Under the pieces are notes generated by a model that saw only the letters and a list, made by a program, of their open reading frames with translations, was not told where the DNA came from and searched no databases. From an uncultured Verrucomicrobiae bacterium (GTDB lineage: Bacteria; Verrucomicrobiota; Verrucomicrobiia; Limisphaerales; Palsa-1400), in contig CAVXRD010000001.1 in NCBI GenBank assembly GCA_963764165.1, forward strand, positions 448,001-512,000: a stretch of DNA of 64,000 nt. Direction: 5' to 3'. This document shows, piece by piece, positions 53,515 through 63,531 of the stretch. Made by a program: the position numbers and the translations under genes. How positions within the stretch are numbered: the first letter of the stretch is position 1; every line of letters begins with the position of its first letter.

Positions 53515-56500
53515 TTGAAGCTGAAAAGGATTAACAAATCTCGCGCGCTTGGGCCACTGATTCCCAGCCAGCCACGAATATATTCCGCTCCGCCGGTGGA
53601 TGGAGAGGATATTCGCCAAGATGGCGCGGCCAACGACGGAGCCCCCGCAAAAATCGTCGGCATAGGCGCCTCCGCGGGAGGCTTGGAGGCGTTTACCGAA
53701 CTGCTGCGTCATTTGCCTATCGATGCGGGTGTCGCCTATGTTTTGGTCCAGCATCTTGATCCCACCCATCCGAGCCTTCTTTCCGAATTGCTGGGAAAAG
53801 CCACCACCCTTCCCGTCCGCGAGGTAAAGGAAGGGACGGCGGTGATGGGGAACAACATTTATGTCATCCCGCCAAATTGCGATTTGGCCATCCGCAGCGG
53901 CGTGCTGAAGTTGTCACCGCGCGAAAGAGGCGCAGGGCCCGCGCGCTCGATTGATTCGTTTCTCAAGTCGCTGGCTGAGGACCAGGGCGAGCGGGCCATT
54001 GGCGTGATTTTGTCCGGCGCGGGCTCCGACGGTTCGCAGGGGTTGAAGGCGATCAAAGAGGCGGGCGGAATCACCTTCGCCCAGGACGACCGGTCCGCCA
54101 AGTACGACAGCATGCCGCGAAGCGCGCTGAGCACGGGATGTGTGGATTTCGTGCTGCCGCCGCAAAAGATCGCGGAAGAAATCGCCCGGATTATTTTAAG
54201 GCCTGACGCCTCAAAGGGCCGCGCGGCGGCCAACGCCAAAACGCGGCGGTCTTCTCCGCGGATGAATTCGCGGGCATCCGGCCCGATGGCCAACTTCCCA
54301 CCCGCGCCGGAGGATGCGAATCTGCGGAAGCTTTTCCAGATGCTTCGCGCCAAGACGGCGGTCGATTTCGGCTACTACAAGCCAAACACCATTCGCCGCC
54401 GCCTAGCCCGGCGGATGGGTCTGTGCAAGGTCGCCAATATCGAAGGTTATCTGAAATTCATCCGGGACAATCCGCCGGAGTTGGAGGCGTTGCATCGCGA
54501 TTTTCTGATCAACGTCACAAACTTTTTCAGGAATCCGCGAGTGTTCGAGACGCTGAAGCGCCGTGTTTTCCCAAAACTCATCAAGAATTACACGGGGGCG
54601 GATCCGCTGCGCTTTTGGGTGGCCGGCTGCTCGACCGGCCAGGAGGCCTACTCGATGGCCATGGCTTACGCGGAATTCGCCGAGCAGGCCGCGACGGCCG
54701 TGAACGTGCAGATTTTCGCCACGGATGTAAACGCGGCGGTGTTGGACCAGGCGCGCTCGGGCCGGTACTCAACAGCGATGCTGGAGGGCGTCTCCGAAAC
54801 GCGCCGGCAAAAGTTCTTTTTCAAGGAGGACGGCCATTTCCGTGTCAGCAAGCCCATCCGCGACATGGTGGTTTTCGCGCAGCAGAACCTTTTGCTTGAC
54901 CCCCCCTTCACACGCGTCGACCTGGTGAGCTGCCGGAATGTTTTGATCTATCTCGATTCGGCGATCCAGCAGAAGATCATCCCGACCTTCCATTACGCCC
55001 TCAAGCCAAACGGCTATTTGCTTTTGGGAACGTCGGAGTCCGCGGCGTCATTTCATACGTTATTTGACTCGATTGAAAAAGCGCACCGGGTTTACCTTAA
55101 AAAACCTGCCTCGACGTGGCTCTATTTCGACCGCCCCCCGTCTGTTCCCTCTTTGAACCGGACGACCGCCAACACGCCGACCACCATCACGCGCGAAGAG
55201 TTCAGTTTGCTGGATGCGCAAAAGGAGGCCGACCGCGTGCTGCTTTCAAGCTACACGCCAGCCAGCGTCTTGATCAATGACGCGGGGGATGTCCTGCAAT
55301 TTCGCGGCCCGGCCGACCGGTTTCTCCACGTGCCCTCCGGCAAAGCGTCGTTTCAATTGCCGAAAATGGTGGGCGAAACGCTGGCCGCCCCGCTGGAGCG
55401 CGCCATCAAAAAAGCCCGCGCCGAATCACGCACCGCCCTCGAACGCGACGTTCCCTTCGACAAGAAAAAATCATTGCTCGATATCGAGGTCGTGCCGCTG
55501 CGGAATCTGCGGGCCAAATGCTTCTTGGTAATTTTCCGCCCCATCCCAGCCCGGCTCAAGGCGTTGCGAGTCCTTCCTGAATTGAAGGGCGCGCGGGCGG
55601 CGGACGCGAAAACTCTCCGGCAAGTGGCGGAATTGAAGCATGATCTGCTGGAATCGCGCGAGCGCTACAACGCGTTGCAGGAGGAACACGAGACTTCCAC
55701 CGAGGAATTGCAGGCTTCCAACGAGGAAGTCCAATCCGCCAACGAGGAATTGCAGAGCCTCAACGAGGAATTGGAAACCTCGAATGAGGAGCTGGAGTCC
55801 GCCAACGAGGAACTGACCACTCTCAACGAGGAATTGGCCACCCGCAACACCGAGTTGCGCGAGAGCGAGCAGCGTTTGCGCGAACAGGCGCAATTGCTGG
55901 AAATGGCCCCCATCCTCGCCCGGTCCGCGAAGGATCGGATTATTTTCTGGAGCCGCGGCGCGGAAAAAATGTACGGATTCTCGTCTGACGACGCCGTCGG
56001 ACAAATCGCCCACATTCTCCTCGGCACTGAATTTCCGCAGCCGATTGAAAAGATCCAAAGCGAACTGCTCCGGCACGGCCATTGGGAAGGCGAGGTCAGG
56101 CATCGCCGCAAGGATGGCCACGTTATTTCGGTCGCGACGCAATGGGTCGTCCAGCACGATGAGCAGAACAAGGTGCGCGCGGTTTTGGAGGTCAACACAG
56201 ACATTACCGACCGCATCGAGGCCGAACAAAATCTGGCGAGAACGGAACAGTTCAATCGCAGCATTCTCAAATCAAGCCCCGACTGCATCACGGTGCTGGA
56301 CTTGGACGGCCGCATGATTTTCAGCAACCCGCCGGACCCGTCGCACGATTTCCCGGACTTCAAGAGTTGCGGCGAGCGTTATTGGCCAGGCTGCTGGCTT
56401 GGTGTGGCAAGAGAACCCGCGGATCTGGCTTACCGCGAAGGGCTGGCCGGAAAACGATCCCATTTCGAAGCGCAATATCCAACCGCCAAGGGCGTGATGA

Positions 56501-57882
56501 AATGGTGGGATGTCGTCATTGGCCCCATTCTCGGCCTGAATGGAAAGCCGGAAAAACTCCTGTGCGTGGCGCGCGACATCACCGAGCACAAGCTGGTGGA
56601 AATGGCGACCGTCGAACGCAGCAAGCGCGCCGCTCTTCGCGCCGAGATCGCCCTGCAAGTAGCCAGCACTGGCCCGCTGAACGAATCGCTGCAGCGCGTC
56701 ACCGACGCTCTGGTGCAGCGCCTTGGACTCTCCTTTGCCCGAATCTGGACTTTGGCGGACGGCGCGGAAGAATTGGAATTGCGCGCCAGCGCGGGAATGT
56801 ACACGCATCTGGACGGCGCGCATTCTCGCATCAAGCTTGGCCAGAAAAAAATCGGACGCATTGCTTCCACCCGCCAGCCGGTGGTGACCAACGATGTCCA
56901 GCACGACAACGAAATTTCAGACCGCGAATGGGCCAAGCGCGAACGCATGATCGCGTTTGCCGGCTTCCCGATGATTGTGAACGACCGGGTCGTCGGAGTC
57001 CTCGGAGTATTCAGCCGCCATGCCATGCCAGAGGCGTCGGTATTGGAATTGAACTTTTCCGCCGAAGCGGTGGGCCAGTTGATTCAACGAAAACAGGCTG
57101 AACAATCCTTGCGCAACGCAGAGGAGCAATTGCGCGATTACGCCTCGAACCTGGAACGAAAAGTCCGCGAGCGCACCGCCTCGCTGCAGGAGGTCATTTC
57201 GCAGTTGGAGGAATTTTCCTACAGCGTGTCGCACGATTTGCGGGCGCCGCTCCGGGCCATGCAGGGCTATGCCACGGCGATCCTGGAGGATTACGGGGAG
57301 CGCATGAATCAACCCGGCAAGGCGCACTTGGATCGCATTATCCGCAACGCCTCGCGCATGGATCGTTTGATCCAGGATATCCTTACTTACAGCAGGCTGG
57401 GCCGGCAGGACATCCGCCTCAACGCCGTGCCGCTGGCGCAGATGGTGGAGGAAGTCATTCAGCACCGGCCGGAAATCAATTCGCTGGGCGTCGACATTAA
57501 GGTTGGGGAAATTCACGATACCGTGCTGTGCCATGAGCCATCGCTCGCCCAGGCCATTTTCAATTTGTTGAGCAATGCCATCAAGTTCGTGGCTCCCGGC
57601 ACCAAGCCGGAGCCGCGCATTTGGGCCGAGCGGCGCGACAAGCACGTCCGCCTCTGGGTGCAGGACAATGGCATTGGCATCAAGCCGGAGTATCAGAGCC
57701 GCCTGTTTGGCGTCTTCGAGCGCATCCACCCGGATACGAAATACGAGGGGACCGGCATCGGTTTGGCCATCGTTCGGAAAGCCGTCGAACGAATGAATGG
57801 CAAGGTTGGCGTGGAATCCGACGGCATCAATGGCAGCAAATTCTGGATAGAAATTCCTGCCGCAGAGAACGGCGAATCATGA
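53515..57882 (+). CDS. CheB methylesterase-CheR methyltransferase-coiled coil-PAS-PAS-GAF-histidine kinase fusion
   Basis: CheB GASAGG/VQHL/GAGSDG; CheR INVTNFFR, WVAGCSTGQEAYS, SCRNVLIY; heptad (EELxSxN) repeats; FSYSVSHDLRAPLR; NLLSNAIKF; GTGIGL; start uncertain. Confidence 0.95.
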   Translation: MKLKRINKSRALGPLIPSQPRIYSAPPVDGEDIRQDGAANDGAPAKIVGIGASAGGLEAFTELLRHLPIDAGVAYVLVQHLDPTHPSLLSELLGKATTLPVREVKEGTAVMGNNIYVIPPNCDLAIRSGVLKLSPRERGAGPARSIDSFLKSLAEDQGERAIGVILSGAGSDGSQGLKAIKEAGGITFAQDDRSAKYDSMPRSALSTGCVDFVLPPQKIAEEIARIILRPDASKGRAAANAKTRRSSPRMNSRASGPMANFPPAPEDANLRKLFQMLRAKTAVDFGYYKPNTIRRRLARRMGLCKVANIEGYLKFIRDNPPELEALHRDFLINVTNFFRNPRVFETLKRRVFPKLIKNYTGADPLRFWVAGCSTGQEAYSMAMAYAEFAEQAATAVNVQIFATDVNAAVLDQARSGRYSTAMLEGVSETRRQKFFFKEDGHFRVSKPIRDMVVFAQQNLLLDPPFTRVDLVSCRNVLIYLDSAIQQKIIPTFHYALKPNGYLLLGTSESAASFHTLFDSIEKAHRVYLKKPASTWLYFDRPPSVPSLNRTTANTPTTITREEFSLLDAQKEADRVLLSSYTPASVLINDAGDVLQFRGPADRFLHVPSGKASFQLPKMVGETLAAPLERAIKKARAESRTALERDVPFDKKKSLLDIEVVPLRNLRAKCFLVIFRPIPARLKALRVLPELKGARAADAKTLRQVAELKHDLLESRERYNALQEEHETSTEELQASNEEVQSANEELQSLNEELETSNEELESANEELTTLNEELATRNTELRESEQRLREQAQLLEMAPILARSAKDRIIFWSRGAEKMYGFSSDDAVGQIAHILLGTEFPQPIEKIQSELLRHGHWEGEVRHRRKDGHVISVATQWVVQHDEQNKVRAVLEVNTDITDRIEAEQNLARTEQFNRSILKSSPDCITVLDLDGRMIFSNPPDPSHDFPDFKSCGERYWPGCWLGVAREPADLAYREGLAGKRSHFEAQYPTAKGVMKWWDVVIGPILGLNGKPEKLLCVARDITEHKLVEMATVERSKRAALRAEIALQVASTGPLNESLQRVTDALVQRLGLSFARIWTLADGAEELELRASAGMYTHLDGAHSRIKLGQKKIGRIASTRQPVVTNDVQHDNEISDREWAKRERMIAFAGFPMIVNDRVVGVLGVFSRHAMPEASVLELNFSAEAVGQLIQRKQAEQSLRNAEEQLRDYASNLERKVRERTASLQEVISQLEEFSYSVSHDLRAPLRAMQGYATAILEDYGERMNQPGKAHLDRIIRNASRMDRLIQDILTYSRLGRQDIRLNAVPLAQMVEEVIQHRPEINSLGVDIKVGEIHDTVLCHEPSLAQAIFNLLSNAIKFVAPGTKPEPRIWAERRDKHVRLWVQDNGIGIKPEYQSRLFGVFERIHPDTKYEGTGIGLAIVRKAVERMNGKVGVESDGINGSKFWIEIPAAENGES

Positions 57883-58334
57883 AAACGACAGAAACCCAAT
57901 TGCTGCTTGTGGAGGACAATGAGGACGATGTGTTCCTCATGCAGCGCGCCTTCGAAAAAAGCAAACTGACACTCCCCATGCGCGTCATTTGCGACGGCCA
58001 GGAAGCGCTCGATTTCCTCAAGGGCGCGGGCCAGTATTCTGACCGGCACGAGTATCCTCTTCCCGCCGCCATCTTTCTCGATCTCAAACTGCCCTACATT
58101 CATGGCTTCGAGATTCTAAAATGGATTCGCCAGGATGCCGCCACTCGCAACATTCCAGTTTATGTTCTGACCTCCTCCCTGGAGGAACGCGACCGGCGTC
58201 AGGCCATCGAACTGGGGGCGCAGGATTACCTCGTCAAGCCTCCCAGCGCGCAGATGCTCGTCAGCGTCGCGGCCCTGCTGGGCATTCCGGGCGCGGCTTC
58301 GGTCCCGATGCCTTCGAGCGTGGTGGCGGCATAA
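57879..58334 (+). CDS. Single-domain response regulator (Rcp1-like)
   Basis: ATGA overlap; LLVEDNEDD, DGQEALDFL, FLDLKLP, VLTSS, YLVKP. Confidence 0.93.
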   Translation: MKTTETQLLLVEDNEDDVFLMQRAFEKSKLTLPMRVICDGQEALDFLKGAGQYSDRHEYPLPAAIFLDLKLPYIHGFEILKWIRQDAATRNIPVYVLTSSLEERDRRQAIELGAQDYLVKPPSAQMLVSVAALLGIPGAASVPMPSSVVAA

Positions 58335-58337
58335 GTT

Positions 58338-58372
58338 AAGGCAGGGACGCCTCGGCGAGGCGTCTTCGCCTT
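58338..58372. terminator. REP-type palindrome between convergent genes
   Basis: AAGGCAGGGACGCCTCGGCGAGGCGTCTTCGCCTT; copy of the 26816 element. Confidence 0.7.
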
Positions 58373-58385
58373 CAAGAGCACACGG

Positions 58386-59468
58386 TCATCGCGCGTTTGG
58401 CCGGCTCGGGCTTTCCGCCGGCTCGATAGTCAATTCTAATTTCTCCGTGCCGCGCAATATCCCTAGCGGCGATTTCACGCCAATCTCCCTCCCCATCAAC
58501 GCTCGTTGAAGATCGTCAATGCTGGCGAGCGGCTGGCCTTTGAACGAAACGAGCGTGTCGCCCTCCCGCAAGCCGCTGACGGCAGCCGGGCTGCCCGGCT
58601 CAACGCCGAGCACGAGCACGCCGCTGGGCGAACCGAGCCGGTGAAAGCGGGCGATTCTCGGATGTATCGCCGCAGTCTGCCCCATCACGCCAATCCAGCT
58701 CCGCCGCAGCCGGCCCTCTTTGATCAGCCAAGCCGCGACCAATTCCGCCGTGTTGCTGGCAATCGCAAAACAGATTCCCTGCGCGGGCAGGATAATCGCC
58801 GTATTCACGCCGATGACTTCGCCCCGCGAATTCACCAGCGGGCCACCAGAGTTGCCGGGGTTTAAGGCCGCATCCGTTTGCACAATGTTGTCAATCAAGC
58901 GTCCCGATTGGCTCCTCATGGAGCGCCCCAGCGCGCTGACGACTCCCGCCGTCAGGGTCTGCTGAAATCCAAACGGGCTGCCAATGGCAATCGCGATCTG
59001 GCCCACCCGCAATTTTCGCGAGTCGCCAAACTTTACGAAAGAAAGCCCTGGGGCGTTGATGCGAATCACGGCCAGGTCGGATTCAGGATCGTCGCCGACC
59101 AATTCCGCCGGGAAGACTCGCGTGTCCGCCAGCGTCACCTCCATGCGCTCCGCGCCATGCACGACATGGCTGTTGGTGACGATGTAGCCGTCCGGCGCGA
59201 CGATGAAGCCGGAGCCGCCGGATTCCTGGCGTCCCCCTTGTTGCGGCGCGTTGGAGTTGGCCCCCGCGGAACGCCCCACGCGAATGTTGACCACCGCCCG
59301 GCTGACGCTGGCGGCCACGCCGCTGACCGTTTGTGAATACACGTCGAGCAATTCGCCATCGTCGACTGATTCGGGGAGACTCGCGCTTTTTTCCGGGGTC
59401 GCCGGTTCGACCACGAGCGGCGCTTCCGCCACTCCCCTCCCGCCTTGATATATTCTTCTTATCTTCAT
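58386..59468 (-). CDS. HtrA/DegP-family trypsin-like serine protease with one PDZ domain, no obvious signal peptide
   Basis: GSGFI, TNSHVV, SDLAV, QTDAALNPGNSGGPL; PDZ GSPAAVSGLREGD. Confidence 0.95.
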   Translation of the reverse strand: MKIRRIYQGGRGVAEAPLVVEPATPEKSASLPESVDDGELLDVYSQTVSGVAASVSRAVVNIRVGRSAGANSNAPQQGGRQESGGSGFIVAPDGYIVTNSHVVHGAERMEVTLADTRVFPAELVGDDPESDLAVIRINAPGLSFVKFGDSRKLRVGQIAIAIGSPFGFQQTLTAGVVSALGRSMRSQSGRLIDNIVQTDAALNPGNSGGPLVNSRGEVIGVNTAIILPAQGICFAIASNTAELVAAWLIKEGRLRRSWIGVMGQTAAIHPRIARFHRLGSPSGVLVLGVEPGSPAAVSGLREGDTLVSFKGQPLASIDDLQRALMGREIGVKSPLGILRGTEKLELTIEPAESPSRPNAR

Positions 59469-59600
59469 AATAACTGACGCAATATCTGACAGCGCGAACT
59501 TATTTCAACCAGAGTCAGGGGTGCGTCGTTTACCGTGCCGAAGCCTCAGAGATGGATCCTTCGCTGCCTTTGTTTTGCTTCTGTTATATAATCTCCAAAA

Positions 59601-59705
59601 AGGGGCAACATCCGCTACACTGTTGATTATAAGACATTTAAGGGGCAACATTGCCGCTACAAACCCGCTACAAACCCGCTACAGACCCGCTACAGACCCG
59701 CTACA
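59601..59705. repeat. Five tandem 11-bp units (CCGCTACA-RAC) plus an upstream duplicated AAGGGGCAACAT
   Basis: CCGCTACA at 59654, 59665, 59676, 59687, 59698 and an extra copy at 59612; AGGGGCAACAT at 59601 and 59641. Confidence 0.9.
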
Positions 59706-59786
59706 TTTGGTCCGGCTGGAGCCACTTGAATGAAATAGGGTGGTTCCCATCGCATCCCAAGGCTTTCATCGCGGAAGCCTCTGAGC

Positions 59787-60058
59787 TGAGAGCGTGTCTT
59801 GAAAATACCTTGGGAAAGGGATTGCGAGCGCGGCCGGGCGGATGGCGAGGCAGCCCGCAAAGCGGGCAGCTATTAATTTGTTCTGACTCGAAGAAGGAGA
59901 ATATCCCTCGTGGATCTTCGACTGAGGAGCAACGACCTGTCCTCCGTTGCCATGGCGAAGGAGGAAGCCAGCCGCCCCGCCCCGCCCCGGCGGGCTGCCT
60001 TGCCAGAAGCCCGCCCCAAGCCAGCGCGCCCAACCCCTATTTATGAGATGGATTCTAG
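59787..60058. mobile_element. Possible non-autonomous MITE-like or structured element with nested hairpins
   Basis: Imperfect ends GAGAGCGTGTCTTGAAAATA / TATTTATGAGATGGATTCTA; perfect 11-bp IR 59848-59858 with 59990-60000; TCCTCC..GGAGGA hairpin 59940-59965. Confidence 0.45.
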
Positions 60059-60418
60059 CAAATCGAGGCTGCCGCCGAGCCACCTTCGGCGTACGGCTCG
60101 GCAGAGGTCTCCAACGGCCCCAACGGATCGTGCGAACGTCCAAGGAACCCACAACATATCGGCGATCCTAGGCAGCCTCTGATAGCTAGCCAACAACATG
60201 CCACATTCTCGTTTAAAAAACTTGACATGCAGCATTAAAGTGGTATCGGTGCTTTCGTAACAGCCAAAGAGTGGGTGTAACACATAACCTGACATGGCGA
60301 TTCCCCCCTGCAACTTGGAATCGGGGTTTTCTTGAAGATTGCATTCTTTCCCAGGGAAAGGGCCTTAATCGGGATCACCGGCAATTGACAATATGGCAAA
60401 TCGATAACTTTTACTCTT

Positions 60419-63349
60419 ATGAGAAATCATGCCTGTTTTGGCTGTCCGGAAAGACTCAACAACAAAGCGATAATTCTGTTAAGCATTTTCATGTTCGGGA
60501 ACATGGGTTTGATCTGTCCGCGATTACTCAGTCAAGTGATTCTATCGCCGAACGCTTATTGGAACGTAACTGATGTTACTCATCAGACCGCGCCGGCCAA
60601 TCTCGGGACATTGCAAGGACCGTTTGGAAGCCCAAATTACAATGGAAGCGGCGTCCCTCCGGCAGTAACCCCGTGGAACTATTCCTATTCTGGCGCCTCA
60701 AGCTCGACAAATGAAACATGGCTCTTGCAGACAAAATTCAACCTGCCCGCCACGTTCGGCTCAGTGTATTTTACTATCGCTTGCGATGATGCCGCCATCA
60801 TTACAATCAACGGAAATCTGGTTGTGGCGGATTTTAATGAACTCGGCACTACATGGACCACGCCACAAGCCATTCCAGGCGGCGTGCTCCATTCCGGGGT
60901 TAATGACCTGGATGTTGTCATTTCCGGAAATGGTAATCTGATTAATAATGGCGACATTCTATTCTGGGAGCCCGGAAGTGACAACAATGACTATTTTGCG
61001 ATGATGCTTTCGAGTCAGGACTGCATGAGCTTTCCAACTGCCGCGATTCAGTCAGCAGATCCGAGCTGCAGCAGTCAACCGCTCACGCTGACCGCGATCA
61101 ATGCGCAGGAAAATCCCGCAGGAACCGGTTGCAGCGGAGCAAGTGTGTCTCAAGTTATGTTTTACGCCAACGACGTGCCGGTCGGACTTGCCACAACAGC
61201 CTCAGGCCCTGGTACTTATACATACACTTGGGCCAATCCGCCGGCAGGTCTGTACAGCATAACGGCTGTAGTCACAGACAGCACCGGTGCGAGCACAACT
61301 TCAGCGCCCGTGACGCAGATTATCGGCGATACGCCAACTGTTTCAATAACTTCTCCGCTCAATCCAGGGAATCAGTACGCTCCTTATGTAGCGTGCAGCT
61401 CATCGCTGCCGATAAGCATTACCGCAAACGCTTCCGAAAACCAGGGCACCTATTGCAATGGCGCGACAATTTCGAGCGTCGCTTATTATGCAAATGGAGA
61501 GCTGATTGGATCTTCAACATCAGCAGGCACGCAATATCAATATAACTGGAGCCCGCCGCCCGGAAATTACACGTTGGTCTCGGTGGCGACAGACACCGCC
61601 GGCGCGTCAGTGCTGTCCTCTCCTGAGGAGGTCGTTGTCAGCGAATCTTTTCCAGTTATTGCATCCTCGATTTCCCCATCGGGGGCTTGCGAGCCCTCGG
61701 GTTTTACGAAAGAGGAATCTGACGACGAATCCCCAGCATGCGACGATGCAACCGTCAGCATTTATCACTGGTACTTCCAGGGAAATTACTTCACCACTAC
61801 AAACCCGGAATCTACGGGCCCTGGAGCGTACAACGCGTATATCATAGGGACTGATACCGACGGAGATATTGCGACGTCGACCCCGACGGCTATTACCATA
61901 GGAAATTTCCCGGAAACTTCGCTGACCAGTTGGTTTTACAATCCTGGAGGCAACAACAATCTTGTCACTGCCGGGTTGCAAAGTCCGGTATACGGCACTG
62001 AATTCTTTAGTCCTACAAGCATCCCTTTGAGCTGCCAGGTACAGGAAGTGGTAAATTGCAATCCTAGTGAGCCACCCACCCTTTCGAGCGTCAGTTTTCA
62101 AATTACCAATAACGTTTCTGGAGCACATGAGGGAACGGTGCCGGTTCCTGCTTCGGAGTTCACGGTACCGGACCCTTCTTTCCCGAAAGTGTATTCGGCA
62201 TCAGGGTCTTGGGAACCCAGTGCGCTGCCTCCAGGAATTTATTCGGTTGCGGCCACAGCGGCGGATAGCGCAGGTAATCCCTGTGAGACGTCGCTTCCGA
62301 CGGAGTTCATTGTTGAAGGAGCGATCGCCTCCGGAACGATGCCCGCTGATGTATACGCGCAGACGGCAACACTGCTTACAAATGGGAATCTGCTAATTGT
62401 CGGCGGCAACAGTTCTACAACCGGCATCCAGTCAAAATCTGAAGCGGAGTCAATTTTATCGGGAACCTTCGCTCCATACGCGCCTGTTATCCCACGTGCA
62501 TATCATACGGCGACTTTGCTGACAAACGGGCAGGTGCTCATTGCCGGCGGCCTGGGAACCAATGGCCCACTTTCCAGTTCACAGCAGTCTACCAATTCCA
62601 ACTGGTCGACGGTCGGCTCACTCCAAACTGCGCGGTATTCGCACACTGCGACGCTGCTGACGAATGGCCAGGTGCTGGTAGCGGGAGGGATTGGGGCCGC
62701 GGGCACGGCGCTTCCCAGCTGGGAACTTTACTTGCCGGGGGTCAGAGGATGGAATTCCATTGATAGCCTAGGGCCCATGAACCAACCGCGCTACTGTCAC
62801 ACAGCGACATTGCTTCCCGACGGCCAGGTGTTAGTGGCTGGAGGGGAGGACGGTGGCCCCCTTCCCAATGCGGAGCTTTTCAACGTCGCGACCGGGACGT
62901 GGACTGTGACTGGATCGCTTCAGAACGCTCGTTATAGCCATACGGCAACGTTGCTTCCCAACGGAATGGTGCTTGTCGCTGGAGGATATGGCGCAACCGG
63001 AGCGGTTGACATCGCCGAATTGTACAACCCGGCGACCGGGCAGTGGTCCGCGACAGGTTCAATGGTTACCGGAAGATATTACCACACCGCAACATTGTTG
63101 GATGACGGGGCGGTGCTCGTTACCGGCGGACTTTCTGGGACTACGCTATCGCACACCGAATTGAGCAGCATGGAAATATACGACCCCAACACCGGACTTT
63201 GGGGGAGCTTCGGGCAAATGACCCTCGCTCGAGCGCAACATACCGCAACGTTAGGACCATTGTCGGACCGTGGTGTTGTAATCATTACAGGAGGCTGGAA
63301 CGGACCAAAAAAAGTGTCGCAATCGAGCACCGAGCTAATTTTCCCGTAG
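60419..63349 (+). CDS. Secreted protein with galactose-binding-like N domain, bacterial Ig-like domains and a 7-blade Kelch propeller
   Basis: IACDDAAIITING; VSQVMFYAND...YTYTW and ISSVAYYANG Big-type repeats; seven xTATL...VLxxGG Kelch repeats. Confidence 0.9.
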   Translation: MRNHACFGCPERLNNKAIILLSIFMFGNMGLICPRLLSQVILSPNAYWNVTDVTHQTAPANLGTLQGPFGSPNYNGSGVPPAVTPWNYSYSGASSSTNETWLLQTKFNLPATFGSVYFTIACDDAAIITINGNLVVADFNELGTTWTTPQAIPGGVLHSGVNDLDVVISGNGNLINNGDILFWEPGSDNNDYFAMMLSSQDCMSFPTAAIQSADPSCSSQPLTLTAINAQENPAGTGCSGASVSQVMFYANDVPVGLATTASGPGTYTYTWANPPAGLYSITAVVTDSTGASTTSAPVTQIIGDTPTVSITSPLNPGNQYAPYVACSSSLPISITANASENQGTYCNGATISSVAYYANGELIGSSTSAGTQYQYNWSPPPGNYTLVSVATDTAGASVLSSPEEVVVSESFPVIASSISPSGACEPSGFTKEESDDESPACDDATVSIYHWYFQGNYFTTTNPESTGPGAYNAYIIGTDTDGDIATSTPTAITIGNFPETSLTSWFYNPGGNNNLVTAGLQSPVYGTEFFSPTSIPLSCQVQEVVNCNPSEPPTLSSVSFQITNNVSGAHEGTVPVPASEFTVPDPSFPKVYSASGSWEPSALPPGIYSVAATAADSAGNPCETSLPTEFIVEGAIASGTMPADVYAQTATLLTNGNLLIVGGNSSTTGIQSKSEAESILSGTFAPYAPVIPRAYHTATLLTNGQVLIAGGLGTNGPLSSSQQSTNSNWSTVGSLQTARYSHTATLLTNGQVLVAGGIGAAGTALPSWELYLPGVRGWNSIDSLGPMNQPRYCHTATLLPDGQVLVAGGEDGGPLPNAELFNVATGTWTVTGSLQNARYSHTATLLPNGMVLVAGGYGATGAVDIAELYNPATGQWSATGSMVTGRYYHTATLLDDGAVLVTGGLSGTTLSHTELSSMEIYDPNTGLWGSFGQMTLARAQHTATLGPLSDRGVVIITGGWNGPKKVSQSSTELIFP

Positions 63350-63531
63350 CTTTGAACGGCAGCGGAACCGTCGCCAAGCTTTAGTATGGCGATGCTTCCG
63401 AGGAACTATTCATTGGTTCGTTGGAAATGGGCACGAGCACCCCCCGAGGGTCATTGAAGCCACCTGCCGAGCTGGTTCCCGAGGAGAAGGCGCGGGAATC
63501 TCGCCCCGCCGCCCATTCGCGCAATACAACA

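Noticed and set aside
55690..55840. 21-nt periodic AACGAGGAA DNA repeats as an array
   Set aside because: Explained by the coding heptad repeat of the CheB/CheR fusion
59654..59705. CRISPR array
   Set aside because: 11-bp units with no unique spacers and no cas genes
60276..60303. TGTAAC upstream of the Kelch gene as an ECF promoter
   Set aside because: The sequence 16 nt downstream is CGATT, not TWTAG
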